Origin: Candidatus Palauibacter denitrificans
GTDB taxonomy: Bacteria; Gemmatimonadota; Gemmatimonadetes; Palauibacterales; Palauibacteraceae
Assembly (NCBI GenBank): GCA_009841015.1
Contig: VXMQ01000009.1
Coordinates: 9,942-73,941, forward strand
Length of the DNA stretch: 64,000 nucleotides
Reading direction: 5' to 3'
Under the pieces are notes generated by a model. It did not search any database, was not told where the DNA came from, and was given only the letters and a program-made list of their open reading frames with translations. Position numbers and translations under genes: made by a program. This document shows, one piece after another, positions 37,195 to 47,320 of the stretch (its first letter is position 1; the number at the start of each line of letters is the position of its first letter).

Positions 37195-40100
37195 TCAGGT
37201 GGATTTGAGGTCGGGAGCGGTGTCGGCGAGGGCGGCGTCCACGGCGGTGCGTTCCTCGTCCGATACGTTGCCGGTGAGCGTGACGGAGACCTCGAAGCCG
37301 AGTTCGGCGGAGCCGGCGGCGGCGAGGAGACTCGGTGCCCTGTCGGCCAATTCCTGTAGCTGTGCCACATCGAGTTTAGCGGCAGAAGACGGCGGCGGTG
37401 GTGACGGTGGTGCGTCCGTGCGCACTCTTATCTGGAGCTGTCTGGCCTGGTCGTACTCGCAGTTGGGGTCGACGCTTCCGTCCGCCAGCACGAGCCAGTG
37501 CGCGTTGATCGCAGCGCGGATTCCATCCCGCACGAGCCCCCAGGGAAGACTGGTTGCCCGTTCTTGCGAGAGCGCCTGCGCGATGGCGAGACCGTTCGCC
37601 GCGTCGTCTTGCCACGCAGCGGCTCGCATCGCTTCGGAGAGAAGATCTTGCGGCGTGAGCCGGTCCGGCGGCGGGCGTAGCATCGCCTTGTCGTTCAGCG
37701 CCCCAGCGGGCACCGGCTCTTTCCACGACGTGGCGGGTGGATTCGTGAGCCAGACTGTCCCGAGTTCAACGGCCTGCTCCACGGCTTCCAGCACCGTGTC
37801 GGCGGGGCAGGCTGGGACCGTGACCATATCGTCGTAGTGGTCGCGGGGGATCGTCGCGACGTGACCGCCCGCGAAGTAGTTGAGGAGCGTGGCCACCGGC
37901 AGGGCCGAACTGGCCTCGCCGCCGTCGTCGTCGGTCCACAGGCTGGGCAGCACTCCGGGAGCGAGCAGCGCCTCGGGCAGCCGGGTGAGTTCCGCCTTCT
38001 CAGGCAGGACGATCTCGAGCGCCTCATCTCCCGCAGCTTCCGCCTCCACCGATTCGCGCCACCACGTACGAAAGCTGCCGTCGGGCCGCCTCAGCCTAGC
38101 GACGAACAGGCCCTCCCGGACACCAGCCAACACCGTGTCGGTGACGAGCTTCGGCCTCAGTACCTTCGGGAGCCGCGGATGACGCGCGAAGGCGCCCGCC
38201 AACTGGCTGGCGAAACGGGCGTCCTCCCCCTCCTGCCATAGGTCGTATGGCCCCCCGGGAAGGAGGGCCTCGGCGTTCACCGGCGTATCCGTAAGGCGCG
38301 TCTTCTCGTGTCCCTTGATCTCCTCGAAGAGCGGCTGACCGCTGGCGGGGAGTTTGAAGGCGTGAACGCTGTTTTCTGCGTCCACCGTCACGACGATCCC
38401 ATAGGCTTGGCGAATCACGCTTGGCAACTCCGCCTGGGTGTTGCTCTTCTGGCGCCGGAGACGTTGCGACCGCACCGGATCCACCGTTTGGGTCGTGAGT
38501 TGCGATTCGACGTCCTCCCAACCGAGTAGCGCCCGCACTCGCGTGCGTGCCGCATCCAAACCCTCGCGCGACGGCACGGCGATGACCACCGCGTTGCGGT
38601 TCACGCGGGGCCGGTTCGAGCCCGTGGTCTCGTCGAGGAACTGCTTGGCGATTCTGCTCGGTTTTCCCGACTCCGACGCCGCGTCTGGGCCGAGGATCAC
38701 GTACCGGAAGCTGCCGTCGTCGCCGACCTCTCGCGGCGACTTAGGCAACATGTGCACAACGGCCCCGGCGGCGGCCGCGCCGCTCGTAAGAGGCTTCGTC
38801 TTACGGATCAAATCCTCCAGCCGCGCCTCCACCATGTCGTCAGTGACGCGGTCCTTGCATGCCTGGTCGTGCATCTGTTTCAGGTTGGGTGCGTTACCCA
38901 GGCGCCACGACTTGGGGAGGCCCCGCTCGGCCCCGTAGCTGGCTGCGTCGTCCCCGATGTCGGCGTCGTCAAGGAACCAGGAGGTGTCTCGCCAGCGGAG
39001 CAGCCCCTTCTCGAGTTCGATTCTGTCCGGACCCGCGCCGCCCACCAGACGCAGCAACTCGGGGGTGTGCGCCTTCTGGCCCACCGGCTGCGAATAGAGG
39101 AAGATGGCGACGACGGCCTGCTCCGCCTCGCGTTCCGGCTGAAGCGCCGAGCACTCACGCTGCACCTCCCGGGCCTTGTCCAATTCGGCCTCGAGCAGGG
39201 GCACCCATTCCGTCTTCTTGCCCTGCACGGCGTCCGTTGACGCGACGCCCGCGAGTTCCCGCACCGCCTCGGAGACGTTCGCGGAATCGGGTTCAGCGAG
39301 GAGAACGGCCGGACCGACCAGCGGACTCCGGTCCCATGACTCTGCGTCCCGGAGAGCCGTGGCGAGCGTACGCAGAATCCCGCGCGTGCGCTGGAAGCTC
39401 TCGATCTGCGTCCACCGGCTGTACAGAACGTCAGTCACGTCCGGGTGGAACGGAAAGCTGTGCAGGAACCGCTCCTCGGCCTCTTTCGTTCCGCGTCGCG
39501 TCGTTTCGTCAAGCTTGGCGATGCCCTTCACGATCCCGATTACCTGCGGCTTGTAGCTCTGCGGATCGCGGATGCTCTCGGACTCGAAGAAGCGGCGGCG
39601 AAGCACTTCCGCCACGTCCTCCCTCTGCACGGGCTGCACGCCCTCCTCGCGCTGACGGCGAAAGATGTCCGCGATGTCGCGAAGTATCTTCTTGCCAAGG
39701 GCATCGGTCATTCGCGACGGATCCGTGGCGAGGATGGATGCGACGATCGCCGCCCGGTCGATCTTCGTCACGGCCTGCGTGAGGTACTGGAAGAAGTTTC
39801 GCAGGTGCGCCACCCAATCCTCGGCCACCCCCGCCTTGGCGTGGGCGTACATCATGACTTCGTCCAGGAGAATGAGCGTGGCCGTCCCGTCCCGTTGCTG
39901 TCGCTCGATCAGCTTGACGAGGAGGGGCTCGGCCGGCGGCGTGTCGCGCTCCTCGTCCTCGTTGTTCGCGTGCAGCAGGCGCAGGCCCTCCGCCCCCGCA
40001 AGCTGGAACGCGAGCACGCTCCACGGGTGTTTGAGCGTCCGCCGCTCTCCGTCCGGGGCGCGCACGCCCTCAATGCCCTTCTCCACGTCGATCTTGTCGA

Positions 40101-40500
40101 AGCAGAGCGCTGCCGTGGCGGCCTGGGGAAGGCGGGAGTTCGCATGCTCACGGAACTCCCGCACAGCAGCGATGTCCGGCAGCCCGTCGGGGTCGTGGAA
40201 CAGGTGGTGGAGGGTGATGAGCGTGTGTGTCTTGCCGCCGCCATACGTCATCTCGAGCTGGCGGACAGCCTTGGTGTTCTGGCCCGCCAGTCGTCCCGCG
40301 ACATCCCTTACCAGCTCCCGCAGCGCGTGCGTGGGGTAGGTCAGCGCGAAGAACTTCTCCCGATCCTCGTAGATGGGCCGCTTCCCCGCCTCCGTGACCA
40401 CCTCGTGCAGGTCGGCGGCGAACTCGGCCAGCGAGAGCTCCCCCGAACGAAGTTCCGGCTTGAGACGAACGATCTGATGCCAAGGAACGAGATTCGACAT
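37195..40500 (-). CDS. DUF499 family ATPase (COG1483-like AAA+/P-loop protein)
   Basis: Internal ATG at 40500 (MSNLVPWHQIVRLKPEL). Walker A-like EMTYGGGKTHTLITLHHL and Walker B ATLILLDEVMMYA, 1101 aa. The N-terminal layout is typical of DUF499 as I recall it. Confidence 0.85.
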   Translation of the reverse strand: MSNLVPWHQIVRLKPELRSGELSLAEFAADLHEVVTEAGKRPIYEDREKFFALTYPTHALRELVRDVAGRLAGQNTKAVRQLEMTYGGGKTHTLITLHHLFHDPDGLPDIAAVREFREHANSRLPQAATAALCFDKIDVEKGIEGVRAPDGERRTLKHPWSVLAFQLAGAEGLRLLHANNEDEERDTPPAEPLLVKLIERQQRDGTATLILLDEVMMYAHAKAGVAEDWVAHLRNFFQYLTQAVTKIDRAAIVASILATDPSRMTDALGKKILRDIADIFRRQREEGVQPVQREDVAEVLRRRFFESESIRDPQSYKPQVIGIVKGIAKLDETTRRGTKEAEERFLHSFPFHPDVTDVLYSRWTQIESFQRTRGILRTLATALRDAESWDRSPLVGPAVLLAEPDSANVSEAVRELAGVASTDAVQGKKTEWVPLLEAELDKAREVQRECSALQPEREAEQAVVAIFLYSQPVGQKAHTPELLRLVGGAGPDRIELEKGLLRWRDTSWFLDDADIGDDAASYGAERGLPKSWRLGNAPNLKQMHDQACKDRVTDDMVEARLEDLIRKTKPLTSGAAAAGAVVHMLPKSPREVGDDGSFRYVILGPDAASESGKPSRIAKQFLDETTGSNRPRVNRNAVVIAVPSREGLDAARTRVRALLGWEDVESQLTTQTVDPVRSQRLRRQKSNTQAELPSVIRQAYGIVVTVDAENSVHAFKLPASGQPLFEEIKGHEKTRLTDTPVNAEALLPGGPYDLWQEGEDARFASQLAGAFARHPRLPKVLRPKLVTDTVLAGVREGLFVARLRRPDGSFRTWWRESVEAEAAGDEALEIVLPEKAELTRLPEALLAPGVLPSLWTDDDGGEASSALPVATLLNYFAGGHVATIPRDHYDDMVTVPACPADTVLEAVEQAVELGTVWLTNPPATSWKEPVPAGALNDKAMLRPPPDRLTPQDLLSEAMRAAAWQDDAANGLAIAQALSQERATSLPWGLVRDGIRAAINAHWLVLADGSVDPNCEYDQARQLQIRVRTDAPPSPPPPSSAAKLDVAQLQELADRAPSLLAAAGSAELGFEVSVTLTGNVSDEERTAVDAALADTAPDLKST

Positions 40501-40510
40501 GGAGCCTCGC

Positions 40511-40672
40511 CTATGCGAGCAAGTCCACGGACAGGCAACCCTCAACCGCCTCGCGGACGTCTTGCAGAAGTTCGTGGAGTGACTCGCCCTGGGATACGCA
40601 CCCCCGGATAGCCGGCACTTCGGCCCAGTAGCCGCCTTCCTCTGCCCGATGAACAACGATCTTCAGTATCAT
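40511..40672 (-). CDS. HicB-like (UPF0150) small protein, 53 aa; not in the supplied ORF track
   Basis: My own translation is MILKIVVHRAEEGGYWAEVPAIRGCVSQGESLHELLQDVREAVEGCLSVDLLA. GGAGGTG lies 3 nt upstream of ATG 40672. TAG stop at 40511-40513, 10 nt before the DUF499 ATG. The pattern E-x-GGY-x-AEVP-x(3)-GC-x-SQG matches the HicB N-terminal domain. Confidence 0.65.
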   Translation of the reverse strand: MILKIVVHRAEEGGYWAEVPAIRGCVSQGESLHELLQDVREAVEGCLSVDLLA

Positions 40673-40788
40673 GACACCTCCACCTCATCCCGGTCTTGCC
40701 CGGGCTCAACCGGGGTGGCAACCCCCGCAATACCCTAGGGAGCACACGCTTTTTTCGGGTAAGCAACGTCCAGCAAAGTACCGATCGC

Positions 40789-43700
40789 TCAGAAGAGCGA
40801 CCTCTGCGCCGGCGCTGCTCGCGACCCTTGGGAGGATGTTGCCGCGCTCCCGTCGCGCAGGTGGTTCTGCACCGATTCCAGCAGCGCCCGCTCCTCAGAG
40901 CCGCGTTCGGCCAGCTCGATAATGGCCTGCACCACGCTGGCGAACAGTTCGTGCTTCCACAACCCGCGGTCGCTCAGGTAGTTGTTGACGCGGGCCTGTT
41001 CTCCGGTCTTCCAGAGTTGCATGACCCTGTGCACGCAGTCGATGAGCGGTGGGGGCGCGCCATCAGGCATGGGCTGACCCAAGCGAGTGCCGCCCCGTTG
41101 GTTCCAACCCTTAAGGCGCACCGCACTGCCCGAGGTCGGTGCTCCCTCCGAGCTCTCCTCGTCGGACGTGGCGGCCGAGCTCCTCCCCCCGCGGGCGAGA
41201 AGATCATGCCTGCTCGCCAGGTCGGCGTCGGACAGGTTGCACGAGAGCGCGTACAGGATGCACGCGCCGGCGGGGGCCGCCTCCGAGCCGAAATCGTTGC
41301 GGTGCAGCAGGTAGTAGGTCGTGACGTCGTCCAGCTCCGTCGCCTCGCCGTTCCGTTGAGAGAGCAACTGGCCTACGATGAAGCCGACCACCATGCGTCG
41401 GACGTGTCGCAAGAAGTCGGCTACGGTCAGAACCTCACCTGGCCGGTCGGCTCGCTTGACGACCGGATGTCGGCTGAACGCCTCCAAAGCGGGTCCGGTG
41501 GCCGACCACACGAAGTCGGGTCCGCGAATTCCCGCATCCCAGAAGTCGCGTAGCCGTTGCGTGATTCTCTTCCGCATCTCGGAGAGGACGTTACGCTCCC
41601 ATCCGGGACGCCCTGGTGCCGAGCGTTTCCGGCACACGAGCCAAATCGACGACGCGAGAGCGGCGGAGGACATGGCGCGCTGCCGGGTCTGCATCTCGGT
41701 CTGAATCGGCCACGAGCCCGTCACCACGAAGCCCGCCCGGATCAACGCTGACACAAGCGTTTCCCACGCATCTGGGCTCTTGTTCGCGAACACAATGACC
41801 AGCCGCCCATCGTCGCCGAGGGCATCGTGGAAGCGACAGAACGCCCGAGCCATCCCATCTTCGTAGTTGTGCTTGGAAGCTTCCGTGTCCCCCTCGAAAC
41901 GGCTCGCGTCGTCGATGAGTTCGCCGTCGGATGCGCCCGGCTCCCACTTCGGACCCAACGGGTCGGCGAAGGCCGAGTCCGTGACGGACGAGAGACCGTG
42001 TAGAACGCGGCGAAGCCAAACCTGAAAGAAGTCCATCAGGTCAGAGTACGGGATCGCATCGTAGTAAGGCGGGTCCGTGCAAATCACGTCGAGACCGTTC
42101 GGCTGGGCGGCGATCGCGCTCCGGGTCTCAACTTCCACGGAGGGTGCATGCGACCCGGCGGGCAGGACATGGTCAACGCAACGCGCGACCCAATCGAGCA
42201 TGCCCTTGAACCCACCGGTCGTGGCGGACAGCGGGTTCACCTCGCAATAGTCCCATACCATCGGTGGCGCGAAGCGCACGAACGTGTGGCCGAGCTTTTC
42301 TCCGCTATTGTGCCACGAGCAGACCGCACTGCTGTAGTCGGTCAGCTTGCTGAACGCACATGCTAGGTATGCCGTCAACGCCCCCGGCCAATCGTCCAAG
42401 TTGCCGTCCATTTCGGCGCAGACGGAGCGGATCTCGCGTACGAACGTCCCCAATGCGAGCAGTTGACGGCGAGTGAACAGTTTCTCCCAAGAGTCGAGGC
42501 CGTAGCCATCAACCGAAAACGCACGAGAAGCACCAATTCCGGCTTTCGGGGTTGGCTCGTCGGGTGTGCCGAAAGGCACATCCGAATAGAGCGCGTCGAG
42601 TTCGCTCTGGCTCACGCCAGCGGCTTCGATGTCTCGCTCGGTGGGGGGGCGATACTCCTTGCCGGTCTGTCCAGCGAGGACCACGGCCGTCATCCGCGCT
42701 CCCAGTCGTCCCGACCGCCCTTGGGCGCGCAACTCGGCCATACTGGTCACGGCCCCGCAGTTCGGGCACCCGACTCCGCTAGAACTCATCGTGCCAGCGC
42801 CGAGGGATTCGTCGTGTCGCCGCCGCTGAGCGACCGATCCCGATCCCTGCGGCACGTCCGGCTCCACGCCGAACTCGACTCCGCTTCCATCGGCCCGTTT
42901 CGTCATCGTCAAGAGGACACGCTTGGCAGGGTTGGTCTTCTTGCATAGCCAACGCGTCTTGAGGAGCGGGATCTCGGCTCGACAGCCGCCGCACTCGGCG
43001 GTGCGCGCCCACAGATAGGCCACAACCGGCTTGACCACCCAACGCGGGTTGTTGTCGTCCTTCAGGTAGACTTCGTCAAAGTCGGCGTTCAGCGCCTCAG
43101 CCGTTACACGCCCGTCCGCATCCGGCTCGAGCAGACGAGGCACTCGCCGCTTGTATGGCTTGGGTTCCGCCTGCGACGCCCGCGACCGGCCCTTGCGCGG
43201 CACGGGCTCGAACTCGGCGTAGGTGGGGTATCGGGCGGCCAACTTCCGCCTCACGTTCTCTAGTACGCGAAGTCCCCACGCTCGGACGTGCCAGGCGAAA
43301 TCCGCCTTGACGTTGGCGTCGTCTCGAAGCACGGATGAGGAGATCTGCACGTCACCGCCGTCGCGGTGTCCCAGTTCGGCGAGCGCGTTTCTGATCTGAA
43401 CCTTCGTTCGCGCACCGCGCGACTTCACCAACGCGGTAGCGAAGTCGCGGTCTCCGAGCGCGAACTCTGGAAGCGGCCTCTCTTCTCGACCCACCAGCCG
43501 CGGGTAGTGGAGCGTGCAGCGCAGTATAAACCACGCCACGGGATTCAGGTCGGAGGCGAACGTCTCGCACCCAAGCCGCATCGCCTCCAGCGGAATCGCG
43601 CCGCCGCCCGCGAACGGATCCAGCACCCGTGGCGCCCGCCCGCCGAACGCCTCCCGTATCTCCTCCCGCAGACGATCCAACTCGGGATCGGTTTCTCGCC

Positions 43701-43995
43701 CCCAGTGCAGGATGCCGCCCGCCGTCTCCTTGAGTTTTGGATCCTCCCCTCCGCCCCTAAGCTCCTTAGGCACCAACCGCCCCGCGATGCGCCGCCCCAG
43801 CCTGCGCCGTCCCTCGTCGTCACCGGGGTCGGGCAGCAGAGTGGCCAGTAGCATGGCTCGGCTTGCCGCCAGCGGCCTCCGCGCCGGCCATATATGCAGC
43901 GTGGAGATGTGCCCGTGCCGCACGTTCTTCTCATGCACCGAGTCCAACGAGATTTGCCGCAGCGGCAGCGTCGCCTCAGCCAGACGTGCCATCAT
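40789..43995 (-). CDS. DUF1156 domain DNA methyltransferase (COG1743-like amino-MTase with Zn-ribbon inserts)
   Basis: DUF1156 signature HEKNVRHGHISTLHIWPARRPLAASRA, AdoMet motif VLDPFAGGGAIPLEA and catalytic VICTDPPYYD. Cys pairs ECGGCRAE and VGCPNCGAV. ATG 43995 shares ATGA with the KAP stop. The track ORF starts at GTG 44004. Confidence 0.9.
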   Translation of the reverse strand: MMARLAEATLPLRQISLDSVHEKNVRHGHISTLHIWPARRPLAASRAMLLATLLPDPGDDEGRRRLGRRIAGRLVPKELRGGGEDPKLKETAGGILHWGRETDPELDRLREEIREAFGGRAPRVLDPFAGGGAIPLEAMRLGCETFASDLNPVAWFILRCTLHYPRLVGREERPLPEFALGDRDFATALVKSRGARTKVQIRNALAELGHRDGGDVQISSSVLRDDANVKADFAWHVRAWGLRVLENVRRKLAARYPTYAEFEPVPRKGRSRASQAEPKPYKRRVPRLLEPDADGRVTAEALNADFDEVYLKDDNNPRWVVKPVVAYLWARTAECGGCRAEIPLLKTRWLCKKTNPAKRVLLTMTKRADGSGVEFGVEPDVPQGSGSVAQRRRHDESLGAGTMSSSGVGCPNCGAVTSMAELRAQGRSGRLGARMTAVVLAGQTGKEYRPPTERDIEAAGVSQSELDALYSDVPFGTPDEPTPKAGIGASRAFSVDGYGLDSWEKLFTRRQLLALGTFVREIRSVCAEMDGNLDDWPGALTAYLACAFSKLTDYSSAVCSWHNSGEKLGHTFVRFAPPMVWDYCEVNPLSATTGGFKGMLDWVARCVDHVLPAGSHAPSVEVETRSAIAAQPNGLDVICTDPPYYDAIPYSDLMDFFQVWLRRVLHGLSSVTDSAFADPLGPKWEPGASDGELIDDASRFEGDTEASKHNYEDGMARAFCRFHDALGDDGRLVIVFANKSPDAWETLVSALIRAGFVVTGSWPIQTEMQTRQRAMSSAALASSIWLVCRKRSAPGRPGWERNVLSEMRKRITQRLRDFWDAGIRGPDFVWSATGPALEAFSRHPVVKRADRPGEVLTVADFLRHVRRMVVGFIVGQLLSQRNGEATELDDVTTYYLLHRNDFGSEAAPAGACILYALSCNLSDADLASRHDLLARGGRSSAATSDEESSEGAPTSGSAVRLKGWNQRGGTRLGQPMPDGAPPPLIDCVHRVMQLWKTGEQARVNNYLSDRGLWKHELFASVVQAIIELAERGSEERALLESVQNHLRDGSAATSSQGSRAAPAQRSLF

Positions 43996-45341
43996 TCCTG
44001 CCACAGCAGATCGATGTCAGCGCAAATCTCCGCCATCTCCCTGCGCCCGCTGTAGAAGGTGGCCGAACTCCAATTCGCCCGTTCCTCCGCTGTCAAGTGC
44101 TCCTCCCCGTCGGCTGCCGAAAACGTCCAATACCGTTTGATCCTGTCGATGGTCTCTTCTCCAACACCTGGCCATTGGTCGAACTTCAGGAACGCCATCG
44201 CATCCCGATATCCGAGTCGCTCGCGTGCGGCGTCGTGATAAAGTTCGGGTGCCAGGGTTCGCATGACGCACAGCCCAGCGGAAAGGGCCCGGTGGATCTC
44301 GTTCGGGAATCCTCCCTTGCTCCTTTTAAGCAGCGCCAGGTTTAGCATTAGCCGTTCCTGGCTACGAAACGTAAGGTCGTGGACTTGAACGAGACTGTTG
44401 ATTGTCATCGTCGGGTTTTGGCCATGATTCCAAGACAGGCCCATCAGTTCCGCGAGGTGTCGGAGATACCGCGTGTGAGATGTCTCGGGTCCGCGGCTCA
44501 AGATCCTTCGAATGTCGAACCGAAGCTGGAAGAACTTATCCAGATACTGGTCGGCTTTCTCAAGGCCGTATGCCCGCTTCACCATGGCCGCCAACCCCTC
44601 TAGGTGGGTCACGAGCACGAAGCAGATTCCGTCCACGGTGAAGAGGTGCTTGACACGTTCGAGCACGTTCAGGGCGTAGGACGGGCGGCATCGATCCAGC
44701 TCGTCAATCACGAATACCAACGGCGCCTTGCCTTGCTCACCGTCACCCGTGTTGGCGACGGCGGCGGCGAGTGCGTCTCGGAAACCGTCGACACATTCCA
44801 CCTGAGTCGCGGCCTGCTCGAGAGATTCCTCGACAAACGCCTCAATGTCGTCCGTTTCGGCTGACCTCGCGTCCCGTACGTGCTGCTGAAGGTCGGCCAG
44901 CGACAAGAGGCCGCCGGTGCCGGTGCGCAGGGCCGCGTCTGCCACGATGCGGGGCATCGCCCGCACGAGAGGCGTCGCGGTTCGGACGAGAGATGCCTTG
45001 GAGTCTTTCAAGCGAGGGCCGCTCGAATCGGATGCCTTCAGGAGGTGGCCGAAGAGGGGGAAGAACGCGTCGTCGAGGTGATCGTGCTCAAAGGCATCGA
45101 AGTACACGACGGCGTGTCCGCGCTGCCGGAGTAGGCCTGCCCACTGTCTGGCGAATACGGACTTGCCGCTTCCCCAGGGTCCATCGAGAACGATAACGGC
45201 ATGGCCCGCGAGGTCGCCGACGATGTTGGCAAGCCGTTCACCGGGCGCCTTCGCTTGGAAGATATCGGACTTCTCAAACCCGGCGGTGTCACCGATGTCG
45301 AGGGGCCTCGGCGCGAGAAGGAGTTTGGCGGAACGACTCAC
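43992..45341 (-). CDS. KAP family P-loop NTPase
   Basis: Walker A VLDGPWGSGKSVFA and Walker B LVFVIDELDRCRPSYAL. GTG 45341 shares GTGA with the upstream stop. Confidence 0.85.
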   Translation of the reverse strand: MSRSAKLLLAPRPLDIGDTAGFEKSDIFQAKAPGERLANIVGDLAGHAVIVLDGPWGSGKSVFARQWAGLLRQRGHAVVYFDAFEHDHLDDAFFPLFGHLLKASDSSGPRLKDSKASLVRTATPLVRAMPRIVADAALRTGTGGLLSLADLQQHVRDARSAETDDIEAFVEESLEQAATQVECVDGFRDALAAAVANTGDGEQGKAPLVFVIDELDRCRPSYALNVLERVKHLFTVDGICFVLVTHLEGLAAMVKRAYGLEKADQYLDKFFQLRFDIRRILSRGPETSHTRYLRHLAELMGLSWNHGQNPTMTINSLVQVHDLTFRSQERLMLNLALLKRSKGGFPNEIHRALSAGLCVMRTLAPELYHDAARERLGYRDAMAFLKFDQWPGVGEETIDRIKRYWTFSAADGEEHLTAEERANWSSATFYSGRREMAEICADIDLLWQE

Positions 45342-47320
45342 GGCTTCCCGTCGATTCCGAAGTCGTGCGCCAGGGCTGTCAGCAGATCGTCCAAGTCCGA
45401 GGCGTGTGTCCTTGCTTTGAGGTAGTCGTCGTAGCTGGCCTCCGCTTGCTGCACGAGTTCGTCGTAGGTGACGTATCTTGCCCCGATCGCATCGAGTATT
45501 CGACGGTTGCCTTCCGGGTCATCCTGTGGCGTCGGTGCCGCACCGAGAACGGCGACGCACTCCACGTCGCGCGGCTCCCCCTGGTACTTGTCTCGTAAAC
45601 ACTTTTGCAGGGCACGACGGTACTTTTGCAACTGCTTCACGAGATCGGCGGCGTTGACTCGTGCGTCGTATCGCTTCAGTTCCACGATTACATGCTTCCC
45701 CGGCACCGTCTGGAACCTGATGTCAATCCGTCCTCGTCGCTCCTCCTCGCTGAGGCCAGCGTCGATCTTCTCAAACTCCGCACCGACCGTCTCCTCCATG
45801 CGAGGCACCGTCGCAGCCCGTTCCCAGGACGGGTGAAGGAGCCACAGATGGTTGAAGAGGTGCTCCTGCAACGCTCTTTCCAAGGCGTTCGGCACGAGAT
45901 TTCGCAACGCTTGGATCACCTTCAGACGCCCCTCGACGATGTCCCGGTAGCGCGTCGCTTCGATCTCGTCCACTCCGGTCATTAGACGGGCGAGAAGATC
46001 GAAGTCGCCCACCGTCTCAACGTGGTCCAGCGCGCTGAGCATGTCTTTGAGGGCCAACTTCTCAAATGCGAGAATCGACGCACGATACAACTCGTATTTT
46101 CGCTCATCTTCGTCGAGCCGCAGCGCCTCGATCTTGACGAACAGTCGCTTGGCCGTCCGCTGCGTGTCGGGCCCCCTTCGCTCGTACCAGGCCTTCACCG
46201 AAGGGTACTCGAGGGCCCTCTGCACTCCAGCCTGTTTCCGCTTGCGGTCCCACTCGTCCCGAATCGAATGAAGGGCTTGGTTCACGACCGTCTTAACGGC
46301 CACGTATCTTGCGTCGTCCTGCTGGACTCGTTGCCTGCCGCTCGTGATGATGTCGTCGTTGTCATCGTCGAGGAAATCCGCAATGACCTCGCCAACGACA
46401 TACTCGGTGTAAACGCGCGCTTGACGGTATTCGGGGAGCATATCCTCGTGAATCAGCCGGCCGCGGGCCGAGAGGACAACCGCGTTGTTTACGTCGTCCA
46501 GTTGGCTGGGCTTGCGGACGGTGCCGATGAAGCCGCGGATGGCGTGCTCAACGGGCGGGCCTCCATTCGGCGGCAGGATGGGCACAACATTTGGTAGGAC
46601 GCCGGCGCCGTCGCCCGATGGTGCCCTGGAGAAATCCCAGTCATCTGCGGGGTCGCCGAAGTACCAGATGAACTCCATGTCATTGAAGTAGTCGCGGTCA
46701 TCGAGGGTTATCGGGTCACCGTCGATGGACACGTCGAAACCGTGTTTCTCGCCAATAACGCTGAATCGGCGCGCCAAGCGGCGGCGCAGGTGATCTGCGG
46801 CCCAGGAGGGCCGCTTGCGAAGATCCGTAAGGCGGATCAGCGTGCCTCGGTCACTCTCCTCAACGAGGCAATCGATGGGCTCGGGGAAGTAATTCCCGCC
46901 CGTACGGGCGGCCTCCTCGATGTCCCTCGTGTTCATTCGGAACGCGTGTACCGATTCCCCGTCGGAAGTGTGGACGTCAACGGTGTCGGCGATGGAGAAC
47001 GCCGCGAGTTTCCCGATTCCCTTGCGCCCCATGACAGTGCGGCCGTCTGGAGTCTCGGCGTGTTGTAGGCGACGCTTATAGCCGACGGTGAGGAACTTGG
47101 AGTTGATGTCGTGGAGGCTCATGCCGTGTCCGTCGTCGCGGATCCGGATCGAAGGCGTCTGGTGATCGAAGTCGATACGGACCCGGCTCGCGTCGGCGTC
47201 CCATGCGTTAGCAACGAGTTCCGACAGGACGGCAGGTATGTTGCTATAGAGCCCGATGCCCAGGTGTTGGAGAACATCGAGACTAATCGTCATCTGAAAG
47301 GGGCGGTCATCGTGGGTCAT
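45338..47320 (-). CDS. GHKL (HATPase_c, MORC/Hsp90-like) ATPase with a C-terminal PD-(D/E)xK-like module
   Basis: N box LSELVANAWDADAS, G1 IRDDGHGMS and G2 GRKGIGKLAAFS. The C-terminal GRIDIRFQTVPGKHVIVELKRYD fits D...E-x-K. ATG 47320 shares ATGA with the C5-MTase stop. Confidence 0.8.
   Translation of the reverse strand: MTHDDRPFQMTISLDVLQHLGIGLYSNIPAVLSELVANAWDADASRVRIDFDHQTPSIRIRDDGHGMSLHDINSKFLTVGYKRRLQHAETPDGRTVMGRKGIGKLAAFSIADTVDVHTSDGESVHAFRMNTRDIEEAARTGGNYFPEPIDCLVEESDRGTLIRLTDLRKRPSWAADHLRRRLARRFSVIGEKHGFDVSIDGDPITLDDRDYFNDMEFIWYFGDPADDWDFSRAPSGDGAGVLPNVVPILPPNGGPPVEHAIRGFIGTVRKPSQLDDVNNAVVLSARGRLIHEDMLPEYRQARVYTEYVVGEVIADFLDDDNDDIITSGRQRVQQDDARYVAVKTVVNQALHSIRDEWDRKRKQAGVQRALEYPSVKAWYERRGPDTQRTAKRLFVKIEALRLDEDERKYELYRASILAFEKLALKDMLSALDHVETVGDFDLLARLMTGVDEIEATRYRDIVEGRLKVIQALRNLVPNALERALQEHLFNHLWLLHPSWERAATVPRMEETVGAEFEKIDAGLSEEERRGRIDIRFQTVPGKHVIVELKRYDARVNAADLVKQLQKYRRALQKCLRDKYQGEPRDVECVAVLGAAPTPQDDPEGNRRILDAIGARYVTYDELVQQAEASYDDYLKARTHASDLDDLLTALAHDFGIDGKP

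Noticed and set aside
40542-40766. 74-aa track ORF in the DUF1156 / DUF499 intergenic region.
   Set aside because: The translation is Arg-rich and non-protein-like. A different frame encodes a well-formed HicB-like 53-aa peptide with a strong Shine-Dalgarno.
40673-40788. Looked for a HicA toxin gene or remnant upstream of the HicB-like sORF. Also considered ccctaggg plus a T-run (40735-40755, plus strand) as a terminator.
   Set aside because: Only 116 nt are available. The frame ending at the sORF start is 21 codons long, has no start codon and shows no HicA-like sequence. The palindrome has no loop, and the T-run is on the non-transcribed strand relative to the operon.
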